The notes below the pieces were generated by a model, which was given only the letters and a program-made list of their open reading frames with translations, made no database searches and was not told where the DNA came from. A stretch of DNA of 64,000 bases, from NCBI GenBank assembly GCA_002633005.1, contig NMRA01000953.1, forward strand, positions 25,741 through 89,740. Reading direction: 5' to 3'. The position numbers and the translations under genes were made by a program. This DNA comes from Phoronis australis. Taxonomy: Eukaryota > Animalia > Phoronida. Positions 39,601 to 50,200 of this stretch are shown one piece after another; positions within the stretch are counted from its first letter, which is position 1, and every line of letters starts with the position of its first letter.

Positions 39601-41047
39601 CAGACGATCCTGAATTAAGAGCTGATGTTTCTGAATGATAAATATTGTCCTTTATTGAACCAGGCCTTCATCGTAACGTCTCCTGTGACTGGAGTCGAAA
39701 CGCTAGTCCTCAAAGTGGGCAGAACACAGAGTGGCCCCGGACCGAATCGCTTGGTCCACGATGACGTCCCACACTCTCGTTCGGCGCAAGAAGCGATGCC
39801 ACTTCTGCGCAACTTTGGTGTCGTTCGGAACACCGAGACGTTCTCCGCCTGGCTGCTGTTGCTGAAGCCTCTGGAAACTCATCTTTTGATCCCTCTACGA
39901 ACCTTTTCGACGCTAAATGTACTTTGCTTTCTCTTCACTCTATACACTTTGTCTCCGATCCGAACAGTTTGGCGAACGACTTGGGTTCAACCCGTGACGT
40001 TGTACATAATTATTATTTTTTCAATTTTTGCGTGTTTCTTTATGAGCTGTGCACTAAAGGCACTGAAATCAAGTAAGATATAATAATAAAATTTATTTTG
40101 AGGTACTAGAGTCATGTTGTGTACACTTTAACTCACCCAATTTGCAATCGGGTTTATCAATTCCGGTTATCACGTCCCCAATCTTCCACGTGCTTGCAAC
40201 AGAGGGATCTTCTAATTGTAAAACAATGCCAGAGTCTGAGCACTTTAACTCCTGAAAGAAAAATATAAACCCAACCAGTAACAAAACAGGACTTTGAAAG
40301 AGGAAATATGACAAAGTGCTTATTTTAAATGAAGTGAAATACTGAATTCGTCTTTAAATTTGAGTGTTATTGGACAACGGAGGTGAGAACGAATTTGTAT
40401 GGCAATGTGGCAATGTGGGGTGGCGAAAGTGACGGGAGCAGTGGCCACGCGGGGAGTGGTAAATAATTGGAGAATAGGGGTGGTGTTGATGTCTACGTTT
40501 ATAGTGCATATGTTCTCTCACACTTCCGTGCAGGAACCTTAGTTTTGACCCGACAACTTGAGCTTGGCATGAACTAACTCTGCAAGGGCATGAAGCCATA
40601 GAATTCATAATGGGGTTATTTTGACCCATGGCACACTACCTGTCATCGCAAATAAACACAGTCCTGCCTTCTCCACCCTATTCCCACATCACACATTCAA
40701 ACTATCCCAAAAAGTGTATTAATCTTACGCACTCCCTGTTATGAAACACACAGTGGTTAAATGTATCGTAATTGTCAAGGTTACTTTCAAGCACAGACTT
40801 TTGAGTCTGAACTATTGTTAACATGAAGAACAAATAATCTTACCTTCACACCTTTCAAATTGTCGAGATCAATAACGTTTTTAAATCGCCCTCTACTTTT
40901 GAGCTTAAAACTTGGCCCAGCGTCCGAATGAACCACGTTGAAATCGTGCTCGAAGTTGCGTGCCTGCTGATCAAACTTCTGGGCATTAGCATGTTCGAAA
41001 ACATAACAGAAAATGGCAAACATCAGATAAACAACCTTATGCATCAT
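21694..41047 (-). CDS. Secreted ~1670-aa mosaic protein: signal peptide - beta-rich region - Hedge-like 1 - ComEC-type MBL fold - Hedge 2 - peptidase M15A-like - Cys-containing C-terminal domain
   Basis: 22 exons, all GT-AG and phase-consistent, with no internal stop: 41047-40844, 40251-40137, 38880-38787, 38172-37777, 36901-36841, 36512-36272, 35924-35797, 35577-35498, 35354-35208, 35096-34950, 34630-34506, 34358-34125, 33683-32763, 32537-32396, 31008-30800, 27420-27327, 26826-26078, 25378-25279, 24916-24747, 23312-23121, 22375-22185, 21966-21694. Sum 5013 nt = 1670 aa + stop. N-terminus MMHKVVYLMFAIFCYVFEHANA looks like a signal peptide. Confidence 0.85.
23391..23824. mobile_element. MITE with ~70-bp imperfect TIRs, PIF/Harbinger-like, intronic
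   Basis: Left ggcctgtgcccgaatgtatgaaacagtcccaaatagggactaagttccc vs reverse complement of right end ggccggttgcatgaaactgtctcaaatagggactcaactaagttctc. Superfamily assignment is inferred from the GGCC...TGCATGAAA start. Confidence 0.65.
26078..26560 (-). CDS. Peptidase M15A (LAS fold, Zn D-Ala-D-Ala carboxypeptidase-like) domain of the mosaic protein, degenerate
   Basis: LHLSEHFLIEDF...RLDVKLLECLEIVKSKF...SGYRTRYINN...RFQTGQAVEL...LGLGAHRNKLYVDL matches the M15A pattern LS.HF...EF...D..L...LE..R....SGYR...N...SxH..G.AAD...G.G.Y..FxHxD. Confidence 0.75.
26695..32537 (-). CDS. Hedgehog N-terminal (Hedge) domain 2 of the mosaic protein (exons 32537-32396, 31008-30800, 27420-27327, start of 26826-26078)
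   Basis: Spliced sequence PITRDDERFHRLFYYYMNDVSF...CADRMMSFRLAFRLRRLAFLTGQEWRDTRTLQVQNAWKEP...STLYTEGRAAKL...LSRLSSLAQCAGFDYV...IEVCVK aligns collinearly with Shh-N [22 protein letters not shown]...[38 protein letters not shown]...SLHYEGRAVDI...YGMLARLAVEAGFDWV...IHCSVK. Confidence 0.88.
27998..30661. mobile_element. ~2.66-kb segment bounded by ~200-bp diverged inverted repeats (non-autonomous DNA transposon, or two opposed repeat copies) within the Hedge-2 intron
   Basis: 27998 ttgagctctgatacgccgtaaaacgtaacaatttcgtaaaatgtaa...tttacgtcattgttgc vs reverse complement from 30661 ttgagctctcatacgccataaaatgtaataatttcgtaaatgtaac...tttacgtcattgttac. Similarity continues to ~28200 / ~30455. Confidence 0.7.
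32763..33683 (-). CDS. ComEC/Rec2-like metallo-beta-lactamase-fold domain, single 921-nt exon of the mosaic protein
   Basis: LRVFDLPVGEGDATIIQCPNGDITLVDMG, SGLVLKL...KMLFVGD, ADVYKLGRHGS and FLSAVKPKVVITSG match ComEC/Rec2 MBL motifs (F.DVGQGDA...LID.G; NS.VL...LFTGD; DVLKVGHHGS; FL..V.P...IIS.G). Acceptor TTTCAG|TT and donor C|GTAAGT are both phase 1. Confidence 0.88.
34125..34630 (-). CDS. Hedge-like domain 1 of the mosaic protein (more divergent)
   Basis: RLMSLSEGNIVF...MHPNMASMVLKFSKLIRKETGWENRKLIVKN...MVAEGRLVTL...KLSDLATCANFCNV...GVTVGVQ parallels Hedge 2 (IVF; M; W..KL.V; EGR; L..LA.CA.F..V). Confidence 0.6.
37441..37535 (+). mobile_element. tRNA-derived SINE head
   Basis: A-box-like TAGCTCAATGG and B-box-like GAGTTCGAGGC at tRNA spacing, followed by cagacattttttc. 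No intact cloverleaf. Confidence 0.5.
38531..38600. repeat. (TG/CG)n microsatellite
   Basis: Directly visible gtgtgtgtgtgtgcgtgtgtgtacgcgcgtgtgcgtgtgtg. Confidence 0.85.
39690..39890 (-). pseudogene. Decayed THAP zinc-finger domain (DNA transposon remnant) in intron 2
   Basis: KR*VSRGFSNSSQAENVSVF / (frameshift) PNDTKVAQKWHRFLRRTRVW...ATLCSAHFED*RF matches THAP C..xCxN...FP.D....KW...LCS.HF. Confidence 0.7.
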
Positions 41048-44000
41048 TTTACCATAGTAAATTCACTGTACATGTACATGTACAATTCCTGACGATTACA
41101 TCCAGCTTCCTCGCTATCGCCACTACACACAGTCATTGACTTCAACAAGTAGGACGCGGAGGAACAGTTTTTCTTTTAAGATGTGATAAGGTTACAGACG
41201 ATAACATGAATAAGTCGTCGCTCATGTCTTTAAAGAAAATAGTAAATAGAGCTACTGACCATCAAGTTATAGTCTTTTAACTTCCTAAAACATATTGATG
41301 CAAAGAATTACATCGCAGCCACACTATGTCAATAGATCAATTTTAAACAAAAACAAGAGATTAGTAACACGTACGCATAAACAGAACGAATTTGGTACAT
41401 CACTTTTGCTCCCGTCCGGTATTAACTTACTGTTTAGTTTTGATGATCATGCTTGAAGCCGGTTAAACTCAATATATCAATCTGCAAATATACAGCGGGC
41501 ATCTGCTTACAATTTTGCCATTGTCTCGTTTTTCAGAAATCAGATAATGATTATATTGATTAGAAATTGAACTTTAACTCTAAGTCTAACACATCTTTCA
41601 TGCAAAAACCTGAACTTCGTCTGTATTTTGGATGCTTCTCCCGCATGGAAAAAAACCTTGAAATTTGTAACGAAAATGCCAAAGCAACTGGATTTTATTT
41701 CCTCCAATGTGTCAGTTTCCCTAAACATACCTGATAAACACGATCTATATTAACCTCACGCTTAATTATTTTTGGGAGTAACGTTATGGAATTTTGACAT
41801 TTTCACAAGGCTCAAATCTTTACAGAAAAGCGTTGCCATGCCTTGTTAGGTCTTCGTGATCATCAAATGAAAAATCCGCCCAATCTGTAGAAATAGATAA
41901 CATATTCGCGATTTTCTGAAATGTTTTAGTGAACCCTCGCAGGTACATAGAAATCACCAACTGCAATTTATCCTCCTGGGTACACACGTTTTATTGGGGT
42001 CTTGCGTGACAATTTTCCCAATGTCACCCATCGCTTGCTTTAAACACAACTACAATTGTTAATTTATCTAAAAAATCCCCCAAGCACCTTTAGAATATTA
42101 TATTTGCCTTAAACCTATAACCGTAGGTGAAATCAACACTCATGTCTTTAATCATTACATTGCTTAATATCATTACATTTTTTCATTATGGTTGGTTGGC
42201 TGTCGTGTTCTGATATGCTAAAGTTGTCATCTGACTTCATTACTAATTCAAACTGTCGTACTCTTTTTGCTGTTTGTTGTTATGGATGCAAGGATAGGTA
42301 ACTAGAATTAAGAGTCATTTTGCTGAAGCTAAGCTATCAATGTCGACTTCGTCGGATCTTGAGTGACTGCCGAATGGTCGTCATTTTCAAATTTGCACAA
42401 TTTTGGAGTAGCTGATGATTTCGGTGTTTAATCCTACACGTACATGTATCAGTGTAAGAATTATTATGAAACTTATTTCACGACACTGAAAGTCCCAACT
42501 TGCGTTTACTTCCTAGTCAACTAAGCACGACGAAATACAGCTTTCTTTATATCACTACCTTTGCATAGTAACCTGTTCAATCTGTCATCATGCTAAGATG
42601 ATCAGATTGTATCACGTCTGTATATTGTAAACATATTTTAGGTAGTCTTCTTGTTGCGACTGTTGGCGACCTCGTGACTGCATATATTGTACGTGTTCGT
42701 TACTTAAAAATAAGACCCCTACTATAAATTCCAAAAGATAAAACTCAGTTACAATGTAATGTCATATGGAAAACATGTTTCCTTGATCAAAGTCATCCCA
42801 AATCTCAGGTGGCGCGACAGGAAGGTAACGAAAAGCCTAAGACTTGTGAAACAGCTGCTACAAAGATAAATTGGTGATGAATGGTTTCCCAGACTTGACA
42901 CTATTGTCACAGACTGTCCCCCAGGTGGATTAACAAATGTCTTAGTAAAAGATTTTTATCACAAAAGCAACATGTTAATTTTTTCATAAAGTTTAGTAAT
43001 TCGAGGTTAAGTAAATCGTGTCCGACGTCTACACAAATAGTCGTTGGAAACCGGGTAACGATATTTGATAAATTGGAGCAATCATTTTCTCCCAAGCTGA
43101 TAAGTCAAAAATTGAAAGATAAATTAACGCAAGGTTTGGTGATTGAGATTAGACGACTACTTATATTATGTTATAATGTGTTTTGTGGATTATTCTTATT
43201 CTCGTTATCATTAGTGCAAATGCCTCGGGCGACCAGGAAGACTATATGTATCTATACATGTAATATGGGATGTTTGTGATAAGCTTAAACTGGGTTAATA
43301 CCAAACTCTTAGCAACATCTGTGGCAAGATTAAGAAATCACTGCTCACAGTAGTTGGGAAACACAAGCGGTGATGGAATTGACAGAACCTAAAATGTTAT
43401 TTTTGAAATAAGTGACACTAAGATTTTTGAGCTGTTATGAAACGCTCATAAGAATGCAATGCCCAACCATTGTTGAACTCAATTTTTTTCTTTGTAACTA
43501 GTTACTTAGTTGTCGGTATTTCACATGAAACTTAAATAGCAAGTGGGTCGCATAGGGATCGGTGGATTGCGGCATCCATTGTTCACTTTGTTTTTTGTCA
43601 TAATAAAGACAAGAGCAAGCTATTATCGGTAACCGGTGGATGTGCACTCAAGATATGATATCTATGCGACCAGTATTGTTTTATTCAACAAAGACGCAAC
43701 AAAGCGATGTATAAATCGCCAGTACTGCTGTTAAGCATTTCATCGTGTTATTATTCTCTTTTACACTGAACACATTCTGAGTTGAATTAAATATGCAATA
43801 TAATTGTATTATACAATTATCACAGTCGCAATAATTATTATCATGCTAAGCAGTAGTGTTATGATTACCAAAAATAGTATAAAATCATAAAAAATTATAA
43901 CAGCGGTAGCAATGATAATGATGAAGATAACTTTTAAATTTCATTACTATTACGATATACCTCATTTTATTGCAACCTACTTTACGGAACAGAGCAATGC

Positions 44001-44242
44001 AAATGCTGGAACAAGTCCAATACAAATTAATTTGTTTTAAGTTTTTGATCAAAAACTAATCGTAAAACAGTATCTGAGCCTTAATAAAAAATCCGAGATG
44101 CGATATCGAGCCACCTACTTCTTTATCGAAAATAGTCCGGATAAGCGCAGTAACTTCAGACAAGAAACCTTAACAGTGAAACAGTGCGCATGATAAAAGT
44201 GACGGGTATTTTGAAGGAGCATGGCTGATTTGTGAGTCAAAT

Positions 44243-47200
44243 ATGAGCCTCTTTCTATTCAAACTTTTCTTGCTAAAAATTGTGTTTTCTTATTTCGTAG
44301 AATGCCGGGTTGTTTTTGAAGACGGCCATGACTACTTTTATACATATTCAGCTGTGTCTGATTTGATGGGCCTGCAAAATATCACCACCGTGATTAAGGT
44401 AAGCTTGAAAATTAGGAATATATATGATAATGGTCTGATGGTAGCGGCATAAGTAATAAACACGCCAACATTGCACACGTGGAGATATTTGATAACGTTA
44501 AGCACTGCTTTGAAGAATATGAAAAACTATAGATTATGAGCATAGTTAAATAATATTCGCTAGTTGCAGGGTAGCGGTCAAGGAGGCTGATTGTGAAAAG
44601 GGTCAGAACATTTGCATTCGGCAGCCACATTGACAGTAACAGTGTTGGCAATTTATAGCTGGTCATTTTGGTAGCCCACTATGAAACAAACAGAGAACAA
44701 GGAAACGGGAAACAGCCAGAAAGCTGCGTGATATATGTACAGGCGTAGTGGTTGTATGCATGTGTATCGGAAACCTCTGGTAATAAATCTCCACGATATG
44801 GTGTTGTCTGATGTATGGTTATTGTAAATGATATCGCTTTATTTTTCACAGTTGACAATGTTTGTCGTATTAGTAGTTGCATTTTATGTGTCACTGTCCT
44901 GTCCTTAGCGATGTGCACACAAATTTGCTGACGGATGTGACAGATGATACCAAAGTAGCTTATTTCAAAGCCATGGTCTTTTTCAACTAAAAGCCTGGCG
45001 GTGTATGAATTTCAGGAGTAACAGTGCAATTGGCTGGAAATGTTATAATTGTAAAGTTTTAATGTAAACTGCATAATGAGACCAAGGCCTACATAAAACA
45101 AATCTTTCTGAATATTTGTCACACTTGACATTGTTAGCCGTATTGCTAGTTACTTTTATTCGTTTTGATATTGGCATTTCTTATTAATTGATTTTAAGTA
45201 ATATACTCTCATTCTTTAATGTCTTAGATACACATTCGTCATGTGAACAGAACAAGTGATGGAGATCTTAACGAACTTTTGGTTGACAGCTTTCTTCAGC
45301 GGACGCAGGATGGCCGAGGTAAACAAATGTTATTGTGTGTCGTCAAGTATTTGCTCGCATTAACGGCATGTTTGTTTTAAGCTTCACCATACATGTATAC
45401 TAGAAAACGAAAATCAAAACCGCGAATGAAGTCTGTTAGATTCTGCCAGTTTCGAATAAACGTCTTGCCAGAAATGTTTGGCAGTTTAGTCGCACCTTTG
45501 TCGCAATAAAATCGTTTTGTCGAATTTTTGTAAAAGTTGAATGCGTCGTTATTGCACCTATCCATTAATTGTGAATTTATGGATTTGCGGGATAAGTTGT
45601 CGCAATTTCGACAATGTGCATATACATGTATCAAAACACTCGAGATTTTGTGTAGACAAAAATGAAGTGGATTCTAATGAAAAAAAGGATAGTTACTCAC
45701 TTCAGTATGGGTCTGTGAAAACTACTGTTCATGTAGAAACTGTTTTAGCATCTGTATGCGTAATTGGTCATTTTTATGATGACTGGAAACAGAGAACTGT
45801 GCAGAATTTGTAAGAGGCTGCATTAAAAGATATTGGCTATATTAATAATGAACATTGGTGCTGGTAATGCATAACTTTTGAGGCACATCCACGTTTTTTG
45901 TAGCCTATGTGTATGTTTAATGACGCACTTTGTATTTTTTCAGTTGCGAACAATCCCTTGAAGTGGAAACTGTCAAGACCGTAAGATGAACAATCATAGC
46001 AATAATAGATTTGCCTAAATTCTATGTTTTAAATCATACAATATGATTTGACAGAAATGTATATTTATACATCGGTCAGTCATGAATTAAAAAACCGATT
46101 AGCTTTCTTGTACACCAGCATACGGGTTCTGTAAGTGACTGGTTGCCACTTTCGAATACAGCGCAAAGTGGGACGTTGAATCATTTTCCACCGGCAGATT
46201 TTTGGATACGTTATACTGTCCGTGGTCTGTCATTTATGTAACGGGAACTAAAACGTCCAATTCCACATGTACGTAACGAGTGTTAATACAGCTATGCGCA
46301 AGTTGTTGAAAAGTAACTGTCATAATCTTCACATACATTTATGTTGTTGTCGCTGTATATTTATTATTCATTTAAGGTTTCTCTTTGAACGGAACGACAA
46401 TGGCGAGATCACGTTCGTTCACTATCACGATGAAGACGAAATAGAACTGGTGAACTTAAAGAAAGTTCTCAGTAGCGTATTCTCAGTGCACGTTAAAGTA
46501 AGAACAAATGAAGAGAGTGTGAGCCCATTGGGTTTTCTCTTTGAATCACTGTTCGCTTTCATCGGTGTCATTTTGACGTTGTTTTTAGTCCCCAAAGCTT
46601 TGACCTTGGCCCAAGTCAGATCTGGTGTCATATCGACGATTAAATGGGAAAATGAAAACGGCATATATGAATATAAACAATGCTTGAGTTGTGTAATTAT
46701 TATGAAGTACTGACTTACAATACCGTCACCATCACCTAACACCGTTAATACCAACACAAAAACCACCACTACCACACCACCACCATTACCACTGCCACAG
46801 CATCAGTGACGTATTCATCACCATCAATCACGGACACCCATACATGCACACAACAATAAGTCATCGTGTAATTGCCGGTTTAAAGGGATCATGCTTTGGT
46901 GACTTCGAAAAAATAAATTGCTTATGTAGCCTACTAAGGAGTATTTAAGGTCTCCAGAGCATTGTTTTATTGCATGATTTAAGTGTCAAGGTGGTGTTGA
47001 CATTTGTTAATGATCTCGATACTAGTCTTATATCCATCTGACTTTTAACCTAAAATACATGTAACTTTCGCAGTATTGCACATGATTTTGAATTTATTCT
47101 TCTGTTTTTCTATTTCATCTACACCATGCTATATCTTTAGATGGTGCCTGGAAAGTTGTGGACGTACACTGTAAACGAAACAGACCACAGTGGAAGAAAG

Positions 47201-50200
47201 GAGAACAAGTATTTCATTGAACGCCATAACGACGACGCGCTTACCCTAAAACGTTTTCACCATAGCAACGAGCAAGTTGAGAAACGTCACAAACAGGTAC
47301 TTCAATATTCACTGTTCAGTGACATTGCTTCGTTTTAAATACAAACGGGGCATGAAATAAACTCAAACATGTGCATCATTTCGAGACGTGTGAAACCGGC
47401 TTGTGTGAATAGCATGAGCTTTTCCAAGATGGAGCTGAGAAAACGTCACCTCTTTGAATATGAGCATATCTTTAAAACACGTCACCACAAAAGCCATGGA
47501 TGCATGAAGAATATGGGATGATACCGCAAAGTAATGAATTGCACTTTGCATTGTGCAGGTTATGCATATGTTGCCATCAAGAGAAGTGCGAGAAATCAAC
47601 GCCTTTGACCAAGTGGTTATGGAAAACAAGTTTTCGTCCTTCGAAGAACGGTAGGGCAGTGCATTCATTGTTTAACAACTGAACGACTGCGCAATAGATT
47701 ACACACGATTAAATTAACGTCTCTCCGCTTCCATCAGATCTAGAAAATGAATAAACCTTTTCCATTTTTTACCGTATTGTTCATAGAATCACACACATTT
47801 CAACCTCTAATCTGTCTGTAGCATATCAGCACATAATTTATTTTTAAAAACAATTTCGTATTGCAGAAAACCTGATCCTGACGAATATGTTATCCACGAC
47901 ACGGTTAAGGGAAGTAAGTAAATTAATTGCATTGCAGAACTTTTTCTTCCTAATTTCCTAATATTTATATCCTGTAACCAGCCTCAACTGTGGAAACGCA
48001 GTATCAAAACTGAAATGCAGGATAATCACACCCGGAAATTGGGGATACGGTGGTTAGGGGGTAAATATATCAAATGCAATTATTCATGCATTATTTTATA
48101 CTTGGTAATGTATTTCAGAAATCCCGGTTATCCAGAGCTCTTCCAATGTCAAGGTCATTTTCACGAACAAAATGTGAGTATTGAGTCCTGTCAAAATTAC
48201 TTTTCTATCCACATGTCACATGAAAACTCAGACACATTTATAAGTAAAGACGGTGATTGTGAAAATGTGTTGCAATGTGGTCACTGGGTGTATTATCATC
48301 ATTCTGTGGAAAAGTACACTATTTGGGGTTACTTACACTCATCCCTGCTCTTTCATCCGATTGTCACTAGTGACATGAGCACCTTGACATAAATGTCGAT
48401 TCAATTACTTTGTAAGGGCACGTAAAAGCATTTTTCCGAAAGAAACGTTGAATGAAAATATCCACAAAGTGCCGGCTTACAACTACATTTTCCGGATCCG
48501 TGAATCATCCCCAGACTCATGCGGAAAATTATCGCCACTACTGTCCTGCATGTGACAGTTAAGAAATTTATATTTCGCAAAAGGGAACGACCTACAAAAA
48601 TGGTAGAATGACAACAACGGTGAACATATCTTAAGGTGCCAAAGAAATTAATAAATCCATCTAGAGCCATGCATCGTTCGAAGTCCTGTTGGATGACAAT
48701 GGCAATCTGCTGTACCCGACACCCCAAGGCCTGTTGTTGGAAAAAGAACCAAGTGAAGACAACAAAATAAGTTCCGTACTACCAGCGATAATATAAACAG
48801 GGTGCCCTTAAAACTAATAGCGGGCGGCTAACGGGTTATACGTGAAATACCAACTAACTTGACCACATTGGTGTAGACAAAAAATTTCGCTATAACTATG
48901 AAATATGGCGGATATTACGGGAAGCCGCCATTACAATTTTGCATAGTAAACAAAAACAGTACATACAGTGTATACGTTCAAAATTCCTGAAGCAAGGAGA
49001 AAAGCTGGCCTTGCGGGGGCGGTGAAAATAAACCACCGCTTGTTAGAGTGATCCTGCAGGAGGTCTCAAAGCAATGCATCAACCTCTTTGTCGTTGTTTG
49101 TTACAATTCAAACATTACTTTCGTACGACTTTAGCCATTAGCAACCATCCCGAGCGGACAGAAACATGGCTGTCAGATGGTTCAAATTCTTGCTTCGATT
49201 TTTACTTTCGAATTTTCAGTAATCAAAAACATTTGTATGCATTGATTTGCCTTAAAAACAATTTAATCATACTCTTTTTGTAAGAAAAATTGACCAGCAT
49301 GTTCAACATAACGTGGTAGCCAACCCCCGTTTTCGTCGCTCAAGCTAGTACACTAAAGTAACAAAACGGCGTAACAGACCCTCCAGTCTTCTACCAGTTA
49401 ACAACAAATGACAATCGACACAACTGGATTAGATGGTCGTTCAGTTTTAATTCCAATTAGATGACCCATAGGCAGATTTAGGGGGCAGGCCAACCTCCAC
49501 CCCTGGTGGCCGCAAAAATAAGGAGCAACAGCGTGAGGAAATATTTTTAATTAACCCCGGGAATAAATATTATATAGCTGAACCGATATTTGTCAATGTC
49601 TGGAGTTTTAATCGTCCTGTGCGTGTGGGAGCGGCGTGGGGGTGTCAGACATACACAATAGCTATGAATAACCATTGTACGTACAGTAAATAGTTTTTAC
49701 GCCGGAGTCTAAAATAAATGTGTGGGTTTGGTACGTTGACATCATTTTGTCATCTCTAGTTTCCTTCTTTCACAAACTCATTTTAATCACCACCAGCAGA
49801 ATATTTGAATCGCGAATTCACGCATAATGTGCCTTTTATATTCAAAACACACAGACTGGTTTTGTTATTGTGTCGCCCTGTATGGGCGCACGGCTTAATT
49901 TCCCGTTTCGAAAAATTCACTGATGGATAAATATTCTGATATGTTAACTGAGGATGTCATAAAACGAAAAGATAACCGACTGAAAAGCCTCGGTGAGTTT
50001 TAAAATTTTCGAATGACCATGCTCTCCTGAGTGGCCAAGTCCAGTTTAAAAATCTGAATATCTGATCATGATGAATTCCAATTCATGCACATTACTTTGG
50101 GGGAAATTTGGAACGTATACTCTGTTGCGCAAAATAATGCCTGAACTGTAAAATTACGTGCCGGACAAAGTTAGCGGTATCTGAATATCACCTGGGTCAA

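Noticed and set aside
49855-49992. Extra exon of the lipid-transfer gene ending in CTCG|GTGAGT
   Set aside because: No in-frame AG acceptor found, and the model is already phase-consistent without it (48173^50424).
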